Assembly: GCA_046349195.1 (NCBI GenBank)
Contig: JAXMCU010000010.1
Coordinates: 42,274 to 106,273 of the forward strand
DNA length: 64,000 nucleotides
Reading direction: 5' to 3'
Source of the DNA: Hyphomicrobiales bacterium
GTDB lineage: Bacteria > Pseudomonadota > Alphaproteobacteria > Rhizobiales > Aestuariivirgaceae
Shown: positions 27,721 to 43,165 of the stretch, one piece after another
Numbering within the stretch: the first letter of the stretch is position 1
How the letters are laid out: each line of letters starts with the position of its first letter
Notes under the pieces: model-generated
What the model was told of the DNA's origin: nothing
The model's database searches: none
What the model saw: the letters and a program-made list of their open reading frames with translations, nothing else
Made by a program: the position numbers and the translations under genes

Positions 27721-29376
27721 ATGTATCGCTATGACGAGTTCGATCATCAGTTCGTGCGGGAGCGCACGGCCCAGTTCCGCGACCAGGCAAACCGCCGCCT
27801 GAGCGGCGCGCTCACGGAAGACGAGTTTCGTCCGCTTCGGCTGATGAACGGACTCTACCTCCAGCTCCACGCCTACATGCTCCGGGTGGCCATCCCGTAC
27901 GGGACGCTGTCCAGCCGGCAGATGCGCCAGCTGGCGATGATCGCGGACACCTACGACAAGGGCTACGGGCATTTCACGACGCGGCAGAACATCCAGTACA
28001 ACTGGATCAAGCTCGAAGAGACGGCGGACATCCTCGGCCATCTTGCCGACGTCGAAATGCACGCCATCCAGACCTCCGGCAACTGCATCCGCAACGTGAC
28101 CACGGATGCCTGGGCCGGCGCCGCGGCCGACGAGATCGCCGATCCCCGTCCGGTCGGCGAGCTGCTGCGCCAGTGGTCCTCGCTTCATCCCGAGTTCTCG
28201 TATCTTCCGCGCAAGTTCAAGATCGCGGTGACCGGCGCGCCCAACGACCGCGCCGCCGTCAAGGTCCACGACATCGGCCTGCGGCTCCACCGCAATGCGC
28301 AAGGCGAGGTGGGTTGGGAAGTGATCGTGGGCGGCGGACAGGGTCGCACGCCGCTGGTCGGTGTCACGGTCCGGGACTTTCTGCCCGAGCCTGAGCTGAT
28401 CGGCTATCTCGAAGCCATCATGCGCGTCTACAATCTCTATGGACGGCGCGACAACAAGTACAAGGCGCGCATCAAGATCCTGGTGCACGAACTGGGCGCT
28501 GACAAGTTCAAGTCCGAAGTCGAGGCTGAATACGCCCGCCGCCCGAAGGCCTCCACCGAGGTCGAGGAAAGCGAACTCGCCCGCATCGCGGCCTATTTCG
28601 CGCCGCCTGCCCTGGAGAAGCAGCCGCGCTGGTCGGCCGGCTTCGAGGAGGCCAAGCTCGCCAATCCGGCCTTCGCCCGCTGGGCGCGCAACAACCTCGC
28701 CGCCCACAAGGTCGATGGCTATGCCATCGTGAACATCTCGCTGAAGCCGGAAGGCGGCATTCCCGGCGATGCGACGGGCGACCAGATGCGGGTGATGGCG
28801 GACCTCGCGGAACGCTACTCCCACGACGAACTCCGGGTCAGCCATGCCCAGAACATCGTGCTTCCGCATGTGAAGAAGGAAGACGCCTTCGCGGTGTGGA
28901 AGGCGCTCGACGCCGCCGGGTTGGCGGCTGCGAACTTCGGTCTCGCGGGCGACATCATCGCCTGCCCCGGGCTCGACTACTGCGCGCTGGCGACGGCCCG
29001 CTCGATCCCCGTGGCCCAGTCGATCTCGCGCAAATTCGCCGACATCGGCCGCCAGGAAGAGATCGGGCCGATCAAGATCAACATCTCGGGTTGCATCAAC
29101 GCCTGTGGCCATCACCATGTGGGCCACATCGGTATTCTCGGACTCGATAAGAAGGGCGAGGAGTTCTACCAGATCACGCTTGGTGGATCGTCATCAGAAC
29201 AGGCGTCGATCGGCACCATTCTTGGTCCCGGCTTCGCCGGCCACGAAGTAGCCGATGCCATCGACAAGATCCTCGAGACCTATCTGAAGCTTCGCCAGCC
29301 CGGCGAGGAGTTCATCGCAGCCTACCGCCGCGTCGGCGCCAAGCCATTCAAGGAGGCCCTCTATGCCGCTGCTTAA
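27721..29376 (+). CDS. cysI: Assimilatory sulfite reductase hemoprotein (nitrite/sulfite reductase 4Fe-4S/siroheme family)
   Basis: 551 aa. NIR_SIR ferredoxin-like repeats. Siroheme/4Fe-4S cysteine cluster (ACPGLDYCALA ... SGCINACGHHHVGHIG). Confidence 0.9.
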   Translation: MYRYDEFDHQFVRERTAQFRDQANRRLSGALTEDEFRPLRLMNGLYLQLHAYMLRVAIPYGTLSSRQMRQLAMIADTYDKGYGHFTTRQNIQYNWIKLEETADILGHLADVEMHAIQTSGNCIRNVTTDAWAGAAADEIADPRPVGELLRQWSSLHPEFSYLPRKFKIAVTGAPNDRAAVKVHDIGLRLHRNAQGEVGWEVIVGGGQGRTPLVGVTVRDFLPEPELIGYLEAIMRVYNLYGRRDNKYKARIKILVHELGADKFKSEVEAEYARRPKASTEVEESELARIAAYFAPPALEKQPRWSAGFEEAKLANPAFARWARNNLAAHKVDGYAIVNISLKPEGGIPGDATGDQMRVMADLAERYSHDELRVSHAQNIVLPHVKKEDAFAVWKALDAAGLAAANFGLAGDIIACPGLDYCALATARSIPVAQSISRKFADIGRQEEIGPIKINISGCINACGHHHVGHIGILGLDKKGEEFYQITLGGSSSEQASIGTILGPGFAGHEVADAIDKILETYLKLRQPGEEFIAAYRRVGAKPFKEALYAAA

Positions 29377-29893
29377 GAACAACCACCTCGTCCAGGACAC
29401 ATGGATTGCCGTCGGCGTTGACGATCCCCTCCCCGCAGAGGGCGACATACTCGTTCCCTTCGGGCGCCTGCTGCGGGAATTCGAGACCTTGTCCAGGCGG
29501 GCCGGAAAGCTGGGCGTTGTCTTCGCCAACGTGGATCGCGCCGAGGCGCTGGCAACCTTCCTGCCGCGACTGTCGCTGATCGTGCTGAACTTCGCCTCCT
29601 TCGGCGACGGGCGGGCCTATTCGCTGGCGCGTCAGTTCCGCGAGTTCGGTTACCGGGGCGAGATCCGCGCCACCGGCAACGTGCTGCCGGATCAGCTGCA
29701 GATGATGCTGCAGGTCGGTTTCGACAGCTTCGAGATCGGCGACCGTTTTCCGCTGGCCACCTGGCAGGCGGCGTCGCGGCAGATGTCGCTTGCCTATCAG
29801 CGTGGACTGTACCGCCGCAGCGCCGAGAACGAGATCTGGACCGAACGCCACACCGACGCCGAGCCCTGGCTGGAACAGCCGCACGCGGGATGA
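29363..29893 (+). CDS. DUF934-domain protein
   Basis: 176 aa. FxDGRxYSxAR-type core (FASFGDGRAYSLARQFRE...GYRGEIRATGNVLPDQ). 14-nt overlap with cysI and 4-nt overlap with cysH. Confidence 0.8.
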   Translation: MPLLKNNHLVQDTWIAVGVDDPLPAEGDILVPFGRLLREFETLSRRAGKLGVVFANVDRAEALATFLPRLSLIVLNFASFGDGRAYSLARQFREFGYRGEIRATGNVLPDQLQMMLQVGFDSFEIGDRFPLATWQAASRQMSLAYQRGLYRRSAENEIWTERHTDAEPWLEQPHAG

Positions 29894-30609
29894 GCCACAT
29901 GGACAAGTCAATCTTCGAGACCTATGCGGGTCTGGAAGCCAAGGAGCTCCTGGAACCGGTGCTCCGCGACTTCAAGGGCCGTGCCGCGGTGGTCTCGTCC
30001 TTCGGGGCGGAGTCGGCGGTGCTGCTGCACATGGTGGCAGCGGTCGATCCCACGACGCCGGTGATCTTCCTGGATACCGGCAAGCACTTCTGGGAAACGC
30101 TGCACTACCGCGCCAAGCTGATCGACAGGCTCGGCCTCACCGACGTGCGGTCCATCGTGCCAGACTCCGCGGATCTTGCCGCGAATGATCCAGACGGCAC
30201 CCTGCACCAGACCAACGGCGACCTGTGCTGCCATGTCAGGAAGACGCTCCCGCTGCGTCGGGCGCTCGAGGGCTTCGACGTGGTGATCTCAGGCCGCAAG
30301 CGCTATCACGGCGCGGCCCGTGCCACGCTCGATTTCCTGTCGATTGCCGACGGCCGCCTCAAGGTGGAGCCGCTGGCCGGATTCTCGGCGCTGGATCTCG
30401 ACGCCTATCGCAGGTCCTTCGACCTGCCGCTGCATCCGCTTACCGAGATCGGATTTTTCTCGATCGGCTGCGAGCCCTGCACGGTTCAAGGGGGAAGCGC
30501 CGACGATCCGCGCGCCGGCCGCTGGTCGGGAACAGCCAAGACGGAATGCGGGATCCACTGGACGCAGAATGGCAGGGACATTCCCGAGGCCCTGCTGCCG
30601 CGTCATTGA
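29890..30609 (+). CDS. cysH: Thioredoxin-dependent adenylyl-sulfate (APS)/PAPS reductase CysH, with the Fe-S cysteine pairs of the APS-reductase subtype
   Basis: PP-loop-like SSFGAES, CC pair (GDLCCHVRK), CxxC (GCEPCT) and C-terminal ECGIH. Confidence 0.88.
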   Translation: MSHMDKSIFETYAGLEAKELLEPVLRDFKGRAAVVSSFGAESAVLLHMVAAVDPTTPVIFLDTGKHFWETLHYRAKLIDRLGLTDVRSIVPDSADLAANDPDGTLHQTNGDLCCHVRKTLPLRRALEGFDVVISGRKRYHGAARATLDFLSIADGRLKVEPLAGFSALDLDAYRRSFDLPLHPLTEIGFFSIGCEPCTVQGGSADDPRAGRWSGTAKTECGIHWTQNGRDIPEALLPRH

Positions 30610-30626
30610 CGCAGCCGACCCTGCGG

Positions 30627-31268
30627 TCAGGGCGCAAGCTGTTCGCGCAGGATGCTGAAGTCACCGACCCGTACCGGCTTGTCCTGTGGGCCACCGGAAA
30701 TGCGGAGCCACACGGCCTTGCCGACCGCGTGGCCGGGGATGGCGAAGGTCTGGCTGTCCCGGGACTGCTGCAGCGTATAGCTCATGACTGGCCGTCCCGT
30801 TGCCTCGATCTGCCCCTCCGGCAGAACCATGACGTCGAGATTCGTGGCCAGCGTCGTCGGGTCGGCACCGGGCGGCGGGGTATAGCGGATCGCGGTCACC
30901 GGGAAGCTCCGCTGCATGTCGAAGCTGACAAGCACATTCAACTCGCTGTCCGGCGGCTCGATGACCAGGCTGGTCTTGCCATCGTCATCGAAGAGCTTTC
31001 CGAAATCGTAGCGCTGCTCCGAGCCGTCCTTGAGCGCTGCCGAAAAACTTGCCTCGCGTTCCAGCGCCACCGCGTCGGTCGCCAGCGAGGGGCCGCCATC
31101 CTGCTTCAGCGCCACCTCTTCCGTTTGCGCGGGCTGGTCCAGCGCCACAGTCACCTGTACCGGCAAGACTGGCGGCGCGGAGGGGCCAAAGGCCTGATAG
31201 GCCGCGATCGTCACGCCGGCCAGGGCGGCAAAGCTGGAAATGGCGATATGCAGGTTCCGGGGCTTCAC
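30627..31268 (-). CDS. Membrane-anchored hypothetical protein with beta-rich periplasmic domain
   Basis: GTG 31268 lies 4 nt after the eno stop. One N-terminal TM helix (IAISSFAALAGVTIAAY). The upstream extension in the track ORF overlaps eno and is not credible. Confidence 0.45.
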   Translation of the reverse strand: MKPRNLHIAISSFAALAGVTIAAYQAFGPSAPPVLPVQVTVALDQPAQTEEVALKQDGGPSLATDAVALEREASFSAALKDGSEQRYDFGKLFDDDGKTSLVIEPPDSELNVLVSFDMQRSFPVTAIRYTPPPGADPTTLATNLDVMVLPEGQIEATGRPVMSYTLQQSRDSQTFAIPGHAVGKAVWLRISGGPQDKPVRVGDFSILREQLAP

Positions 31269-31272
31269 CGGC

Positions 31273-33105
<1,833 letters not shown>

Positions 33106-33107
33106 CC

Positions 33108-33932
33108 TCAGGACTTGGCGATCCGGTCCAGCGCCATCAGCTTGACCAGCAGGGATTCGAGCTGGTCCAGCGGCACCATGTTCGGTCCATCCGACGGCGC
33201 ATTGTCCGGATCCTGATGGGTCTCGATGAAGACACCGGCCACGCCCACGGCCACGGCCGCGCGGGCGAGCACCGGCACCATCCGACGGTCGCCGCCGGAC
33301 GACGCACCCTGCCCTCCGGGCTGCTGCACCGAATGCGTCGCATCGAAAATCACTGGCGCGCCTGTCTGAGCCATGATCGGAAGCGCCCGCATGTCGGAGA
33401 CGAGGGTGTTGTAGCCGAAGCTCACGCCGCGCTCGGTCAAGAGGACATTTGCATTTCCTGACCCGACGACCTTGTCGAGGACGTTCTTCATGTCCCACGG
33501 GGCGAGAAACTGCCCCTTCTTGACGTTCACCACGCGGCCGGTCTTCGCCGCAGCCACGAGCAGGTCCGTCTGCCGGCACAGGAATGCCGGGATCTGCAGC
33601 ACGTCCACGACGCTGGCGACCTCCGCGCACTGCCCGTTCTCGTGCACGTCGGTGAGAACTGGCAGGCCGAGTTCCTTGCCGATGGCCTCGAAGACGGCCA
33701 GCGACTTCTCAAGCCCCAGCCCACGCCGCCCGCCCAGGCTGGTGCGGTTGGCCTTGTCGAAGCTCGACTTGTAGACCAGGCCCATGCCCAGCCTGGTGCA
33801 GATTTCCTTGAGCCGGCCGGCCATCATGAAGGCGTGCTCGCGGCTCTCCATCTGACAGGGGCCGGCGATCAGGCTGAATGGCAGGGCATTGCCGAAGGCA
33901 ACATCACGGGCCTTGACGATCGTGTTGGTCAT
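33108..33932 (-). CDS. kdsA: 3-deoxy-8-phosphooctulonate synthase
   Basis: 274 aa. [32 protein letters not shown] and FDATHSVQ motifs. Confidence 0.95.
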   Translation of the reverse strand: MTNTIVKARDVAFGNALPFSLIAGPCQMESREHAFMMAGRLKEICTRLGMGLVYKSSFDKANRTSLGGRRGLGLEKSLAVFEAIGKELGLPVLTDVHENGQCAEVASVVDVLQIPAFLCRQTDLLVAAAKTGRVVNVKKGQFLAPWDMKNVLDKVVGSGNANVLLTERGVSFGYNTLVSDMRALPIMAQTGAPVIFDATHSVQQPGGQGASSGGDRRMVPVLARAAVAVGVAGVFIETHQDPDNAPSDGPNMVPLDQLESLLVKLMALDRIAKS

Positions 33933-34378
33933 TTGGGGTACACCAGAAAGGTTCCAGATCCATGGGCATAAAGCTTGCCGTCGCGGTCGGTGACCTTCGC
34001 CTCGGCCGTGAACATCGTCCGCCCACCGTGGATGACCGTGCCGACACAGGTGAGCGGCGCATGTTCTGCGGTAAGCTTGCGTACGTAGTTCACCTTCATT
34101 TCGATCGTGCCATAGCCGATGCCGACGGGCAGCCTCGTCTGCACCGCCACGCCCATGGCGCTATCGATCAGGGCGGCGCAGTAGCCACCATGAACCCGCT
34201 TCTGGGGATTGTAGTATTGCGGGCCTGGCCGGGCCTCGAAGGTCGCGCTTCCGTCATCGACGGCGACGAGCCGCATGTTCATGGTCTCGGCCATTGCCGA
34301 GCCGCGCCAGTCCTTGAGATGATGGCGCAGGTAGTCCAGTCCTGAATCCTCGCTCTTGCCGCCAGCCGCGCCGCTCAT
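33929..34378 (-). CDS. PaaI-family hotdog-fold thioesterase
   Basis: 149 aa from ATG 34378. [20 protein letters not shown] core. 4-nt overlap with the kdsA start. Confidence 0.75.
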   Translation of the reverse strand: MSGAAGGKSEDSGLDYLRHHLKDWRGSAMAETMNMRLVAVDDGSATFEARPGPQYYNPQKRVHGGYCAALIDSAMGVAVQTRLPVGIGYGTIEMKVNYVRKLTAEHAPLTCVGTVIHGGRTMFTAEAKVTDRDGKLYAHGSGTFLVYPK

Positions 34379-34382
34379 GGTT

Positions 34383-38383
<4,001 letters not shown>

Positions 38384-38460
38384 TCACCCTACCCAGTTCG
38401 ATTCACGATTCGAAGCCCGGAAACAGCCTCCGGACCCCTGTGGACAACGTGCCAGGCCGC

Positions 38461-38850
38461 CTAGGGAGAGGCAGGCGCCTGCGGCAGCTGCGGCAGGACG
38501 GATCCCCCGGTTCCCTCGGCCGGCGCTGCCGGCGCGGAAGGCGCCGTCGACCCGGCGGGCGCCGCAGGCTCGGATTGTGTGGCCGGGGCCTTGTCAAAGA
38601 CAGACCCGCCGCTACCTCCGCGTGTTGCAAGGACCGTCAGCGTGATGGAAGTTGCAAAAAAGGCAATGGCAAGCCATGCCGTGGTCCGCGTCAGGGCATT
38701 GCCCACCCCGCGCGCCGAAAACAGGTTCCCGGCTCCGCCGCCCCCACCGCCGCCAATCCCCAGGGCCCCTCCTTCCGAGCGTTGCAGGAGGACCACCCCG
38801 ATCAGGGCCAGGGCAACGAGGAGGTGAATGACGAGAATGACGGTCTGCAT
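38461..38850 (-). CDS. secG: Preprotein translocase subunit SecG (with Pro/Ala-rich C-terminal tail)
   Basis: MQTVILVIHLLVALALIGVVLLQRSEGG...LTRTTAWLAIAFFATSITL, the two-TM SecG pattern. Confidence 0.85.
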   Translation of the reverse strand: MQTVILVIHLLVALALIGVVLLQRSEGGALGIGGGGGGGAGNLFSARGVGNALTRTTAWLAIAFFATSITLTVLATRGGSGGSVFDKAPATQSEPAAPAGSTAPSAPAAPAEGTGGSVLPQLPQAPASP

Positions 38851-38968
38851 GGAGATTCCGGTCTAATGTGATTGGCGAGCCCTTTACCCGCCTCATATGG
38901 GAAAGGCAACCCGGCAGACCAAGCCCGAAGCACGACTGACCAGCAGCGAAAGCAGGGAGACTCTACAG

Positions 38969-39259
38969 ATGACGGCATACATTCTCGGCGATATCGAGAT
39001 TCACGACCCGGCGGCGTATGAAACCTATCGGGCAAGGGTTCCCGCGGTCATCGCCGCCCATGGCGGGCGCTATCTGGTGCGTGGTGGCGCCCTCGAGCGG
39101 CTCGACGGCAACTGGAATCCCAAGAGACTGGTGGTTCTCGAATTCCCGGACATGGATCGGCTCCGCGCCTTCTGGAACTCACCAGACTACACGCCGCTTC
39201 GGAAAATCCGGGAAGCAAGCTCGACGGGGCGGCTCATCGCCGTGGAAGGCTACGCCTGA
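38969..39259 (+). CDS. DUF1330-domain protein
   Basis: 96 aa from ATG 38969, with an AGGGAGA Shine-Dalgarno. Sequence: YILGDIEIHDPAAYETYRARVPAVIAAHGGRYLVRGG...LEFPDMDRLRAFWNSPDY. Confidence 0.75.
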   Translation: MTAYILGDIEIHDPAAYETYRARVPAVIAAHGGRYLVRGGALERLDGNWNPKRLVVLEFPDMDRLRAFWNSPDYTPLRKIREASSTGRLIAVEGYA

Positions 39260-39272
39260 TACCGCGCCGCGA

Positions 39273-40349
39273 TCAGAGCGAAATCCGCTTTCCCTCCTCG
39301 TCAAAGAGGTGGCAGAGAGCGCGGTCCGCCGACAAGCGGATGACGTCATCGGGTTTCGCATCGGTCTGACCGGACGCGCGCATCAGGATCTGGCTGCCAT
39401 CTTCCAGGCGCCCGTAGATGAGATGCGAGTCGCCCAGCTGTTCCAGATTGAAGACCTTGCCGGCGATGGGTCCCTTCGGATCATGCACCAGATGCTCCGG
39501 ACGAATGCCAAGCGTGACCTTCTCGCCCGCCTTGCGGCCGGGCGCCTGCACGATGACCTCGCCGCCGCCGTGCACCCTTACCTTTGCCTCCTTGGCGGTG
39601 ACAGAACTGATCTCGGTCTTGATGAAGTTCATCTGCGGCGAGCCGATGAATCCGGCAACGAAAAGATTGTCGGGATGGTTGTAAAGTTCGAGGGGGGCGC
39701 CAACCTGCTCAACGACGCCTGACCGCAGGACAACGATGCGGTCCGCCATCGTCATGGCCTCCACCTGGTCATGAGTCACATAGATCATGGTCGTGTTGGG
39801 CAGCGACTTCTTGAGCCGGGTGATCTCGAAGCGCATCTGCACGCGCAGGGCGGCATCGAGGTTCGACAATGGCTCGTCGAACAGGAAGACCTTCGGATCG
39901 CGGACGATGGCGCGGCCAATGGCGACACGCTGGCGCTGGCCGCCGGACAGGTTCTTGGGGAGGCGGGTGAGCATCGGGGTCAGCTGCAGCATCTCTGCAA
40001 CCTTCTCGACCTTGGCCCGGATCTGGTCCTTGGGCACGCCGGCGTTCTCGAGCGTGAAGGCAATGTTCTCATAGACGCTCATGTGCGGATAGAGAGCGTA
40101 AGACTGGAACACCATGGCAATGCCGCGCTTCGAGGGCGGCACTTCGTTGACCACCTGCCCGTCGATCTGCAATTCACCCGAGGTTATGCCCTCAAGGCCG
40201 GAAATCGTCCGGAGCAGCGTGGACTTGCCACATCCCGAAGGACCGACAAAGACCATGAACTCTCCCGACTTGATATCAAGATTGATGTTCTTGAGGATCT
40301 GCACGGCCCCATAGGCTTTCACCAGATTGCTGATCTTGATATTGGCCAT
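39273..40349 (-). CDS. aglK: Sugar ABC transporter ATP-binding protein (MalK/UgpC type), alpha-glucoside system
   Basis: Walker A (GPSGCGKST), signature (LSGGQRQR) and Walker B (FLFDEPLSNLD). It is the last gene of an E-F-G-A-K arrangement like the Sinorhizobium agl cluster. Confidence 0.85.
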   Translation of the reverse strand: MANIKISNLVKAYGAVQILKNINLDIKSGEFMVFVGPSGCGKSTLLRTISGLEGITSGELQIDGQVVNEVPPSKRGIAMVFQSYALYPHMSVYENIAFTLENAGVPKDQIRAKVEKVAEMLQLTPMLTRLPKNLSGGQRQRVAIGRAIVRDPKVFLFDEPLSNLDAALRVQMRFEITRLKKSLPNTTMIYVTHDQVEAMTMADRIVVLRSGVVEQVGAPLELYNHPDNLFVAGFIGSPQMNFIKTEISSVTAKEAKVRVHGGGEVIVQAPGRKAGEKVTLGIRPEHLVHDPKGPIAGKVFNLEQLGDSHLIYGRLEDGSQILMRASGQTDAKPDDVIRLSADRALCHLFDEEGKRISL

Positions 40350-40352
40350 GGC

Positions 40353-42020
40353 TCAGTTCCCCCTGGTCACTGTCAGATAGATGGCACCATTGCCGCCAAG
40401 CCGCACCTCACGGCCGCTCAACGACGCGGAGGCCTCGGCCAGCACGCTGGCGGCTACACCAGGCGGGAGGGCCCAGACCGACGGCTCCGCCGAAAAATTG
40501 AAGACGCACAGGATGCGCTCCCCTTCGCAACGCCGCTCGAAGGCGAGGATGTCGCCCGGCGCCTCAAGCAAGGTGATGTCGCCGGTGCGCAGTGCCTCAT
40601 GCTCATGACGCAGGCGGATGAAGCGGCGGTAATCGTGGAGCAGCGTATCCGCGTTCTCCTGCCGCCCCTTCACCACGGCGGCAGCGGGATGGCCGGCGGC
40701 GACCGGAAGCCATGTGCGGTTGGCGGACGAGAATCCGGCATTGGGCTTGTCTGCGTCCCAGGCCATGGGCGTGCGGCAGCCATCGCGGCCCTTGAACTCG
40801 GGCCAAAAGACCTTGCCGTAGGGATCCTGGATCAGGTCGAACGGAACATCGGCCTCTGTCAGGCCCAGTTCCTCGCCCTGATAGATGCAGACCGTGCCGC
40901 GCAGGGCCATGAGAAGCGCAAGGGTGAAACGACCGAAGACGATCCGGTCCTGCCCGTGCGCAGCCCAGCGCGACACGTGGCGCGCGACATCGTGGTTGGA
41001 GAAGGCCCAGCATCCCCAGCTTCCAGCAGCCACATGCTCGAAATCGCGAATGGTCTTCTCGACATGGGCCTTGCCGAAGGCCCGGCTGAGGAAGTCGAAG
41101 GAATAGCACATGTGCAACCGCCGGTCGCCCTGGGTGTAGGCGGCCATGGTCTGCAGCGAGCGCTCCCCATCACCCACCTCGCCGACCGAGGTGATGGCGT
41201 CATATTCGTCCATCAGAGCCCGCATCCGCTCCAGAAACACGAGGTTCTCGGGCTGCGTCTTGTCGTAGAGGTGATCCTGCCAGGCATAGGGATTGGCGAG
41301 CGGGATCTCGAGACTCTCGCGACTCGATGCCGGCGGGTTGTCGCGCAGCTGCTTGTCGTGGACGTAGAAGTTGACGGTGTCGAGCCGGAAGCCGTCCACC
41401 CCCAGGTCCAGCCAGAAGCGTGCAATGGCGAGCAACTCATCCTGCACCGCCGGGCAATGGAAGTTCAGGTCCGGCTGCTGCTTGAGGAAATTGTGGAAGT
41501 AGTATTGCCTGCGCCGCGCTTCCCACTCCCAGCCGCAGCCGCCGAACAGCGACAGCCAGTTGTTCGGTGGTGTCCCGTCCGGCTTCGGGTCTGCCCAGAC
41601 GTACCAGTCGGCATGACGGTTGTCGCGTGACTGGCGGCTTTCCCTGAACCAGGGATGCTGGTCGGAGGTGTGCGAGAAGACGAGGTCGATGATGACCCTG
41701 ATGCCCAACTCATGAGCGCGGGCGACCAGCTTGCGGAAGTCGCCCAGCGTGCCGAACATCGGGTCGACATCGCGGTAATCCGACACGTCGTAGCCGAAGT
41801 CGAGCATGGGCGAGGTGAAGAAGGGCGAAATCCAGATGGCGTCCGCACCAAGGCCGGCCACGTGGTCGAGCCGCTGGGTGATGCCGTTGAGATCGCCAAT
41901 GCCGTCGCCGTTCGAGTCCTGGAAGGAGCGCGGGTAGATCTGATAGATCACCGCACCGCGCCACCAGTCGCCGGCCACGGCGGAGCTTGCCTGCTCCTGA
42001 AGTGCAGCCGAAGCCTTCAT
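40353..42020 (-). CDS. aglA: Alpha-glucosidase (GH13, oligo-1,6-glucosidase/sucrose-isomerase-like)
   Basis: WWRGAVIYQIYPRSFQDSNGDGIGDL, GADAIWISPF, DLVFSHTS, GFRLDTVN and EVGD motifs. Confidence 0.9.
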   Translation of the reverse strand: MKASAALQEQASSAVAGDWWRGAVIYQIYPRSFQDSNGDGIGDLNGITQRLDHVAGLGADAIWISPFFTSPMLDFGYDVSDYRDVDPMFGTLGDFRKLVARAHELGIRVIIDLVFSHTSDQHPWFRESRQSRDNRHADWYVWADPKPDGTPPNNWLSLFGGCGWEWEARRRQYYFHNFLKQQPDLNFHCPAVQDELLAIARFWLDLGVDGFRLDTVNFYVHDKQLRDNPPASSRESLEIPLANPYAWQDHLYDKTQPENLVFLERMRALMDEYDAITSVGEVGDGERSLQTMAAYTQGDRRLHMCYSFDFLSRAFGKAHVEKTIRDFEHVAAGSWGCWAFSNHDVARHVSRWAAHGQDRIVFGRFTLALLMALRGTVCIYQGEELGLTEADVPFDLIQDPYGKVFWPEFKGRDGCRTPMAWDADKPNAGFSSANRTWLPVAAGHPAAAVVKGRQENADTLLHDYRRFIRLRHEHEALRTGDITLLEAPGDILAFERRCEGERILCVFNFSAEPSVWALPPGVAASVLAEASASLSGREVRLGGNGAIYLTVTRGN

Positions 42021-42021
42021 G

Positions 42022-43164
42022 TCAGCCTCCCTTGACCGAGCCGGCCAGAAGGCCGCGCACGAAGTAGCGTTGCAGCGAGAAGAACACGATGAGTGGAACG
42101 ATGATGGTGATAAAGGCGGACGCGGTCAGGATTTCCCAGTTGCCGCCACGCGAGCCCAGCAGCGAGTTGAGCGAATAGGTCAGCACGATCTTGTCCTTGT
42201 CGCTGCCCAGGAAGACCATGGCGACGAGCAGGTCGTTCCAGACCCAGAGGAACTGGAATATGGCGAAGGACGCAAGCGCCGGGAACGACAGGGGCAGGAT
42301 GATGCGCCGGAAGATCTTGAAGTCGCTGGCGCCGTCGACCTGCGCAGACTCGATCAGGTCCTTGGGCAGGCCAGCCATGTAGCTGCGCAGCAGATAGATG
42401 GCGAAAGGCAGTCCGAATCCCGTATGGGCCAGCCAGATGCCGAGATAGGTTTTCGCCAGGAAGCCCGAGGCATTGTAGATCTTGAGCAGCGGGATGAGCG
42501 ACATCTGCAGCGGCACCACCAGCAGGCCCACGATGACCGCGATGATGAAGCCCCTGCCCGGCAGTTTCATCCAGGCCAGGGCATAGGCCGCGAAGGCTGC
42601 GATCAGAATGGGAATGATCGTCGCCGGGATGGTCACTGTCAGCGAATTGATGAAGGACCGGCCGATGTTCTCGGAGAACAGGACATTGGCATAGTTCTCC
42701 AGCGTGAAGCGTGGCGGAACCGCCGATACGAAGAAGACCCGTTGCCCGCGCTCGCCCTCGAAGGCGATCGGCGAGGCGTAGACATAGGTGCCGTCGGCAT
42801 TGACGGTCAGGGTCTTGCCGTCGTCCAGCGTAGCGGTGGTCCCGGCGGAGAACTCGTCGGGCTTCTGGACGCGCACGCCGAAGGACTTGATCTGGCCGCC
42901 GTCCGTCGCGCCCTCGAAGAGATTGCCGGCAATCTCGAAACGACCGTCCTTCTCGACCTGGTCGGCGGCTCCCTTCATGCGGCCCTGGGCATTGCGCTCG
43001 CTGGTGGTGAGCGCCGTCCACCAGCCCGACACCGCGATCTGGTTCTTGTCGCGCAGCGAGGAGACCAGCAGGCCAGCGGTCGGCAGCGTCCAGATGGCCA
43101 CGATCAGGAACACCGTGAGGTGCAGGAAGAAGCGCGAGGGCTCGAGGCGGATGCGGTCCAGCAT
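42022..43164 (-). CDS. aglG: Sugar ABC transporter permease
   Basis: MalG-type permease with the EAA loop (ESAQVDGASDFKIFRRIILP). ATG 43164 follows GGGAGGG and lies 1 nt after the aglF stop. The track start at 43191 would overlap aglF. Confidence 0.85.
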   Translation of the reverse strand: MLDRIRLEPSRFFLHLTVFLIVAIWTLPTAGLLVSSLRDKNQIAVSGWWTALTTSERNAQGRMKGAADQVEKDGRFEIAGNLFEGATDGGQIKSFGVRVQKPDEFSAGTTATLDDGKTLTVNADGTYVYASPIAFEGERGQRVFFVSAVPPRFTLENYANVLFSENIGRSFINSLTVTIPATIIPILIAAFAAYALAWMKLPGRGFIIAVIVGLLVVPLQMSLIPLLKIYNASGFLAKTYLGIWLAHTGFGLPFAIYLLRSYMAGLPKDLIESAQVDGASDFKIFRRIILPLSFPALASFAIFQFLWVWNDLLVAMVFLGSDKDKIVLTYSLNSLLGSRGGNWEILTASAFITIIVPLIVFFSLQRYFVRGLLAGSVKGG

Positions 43165-43165
43165 G

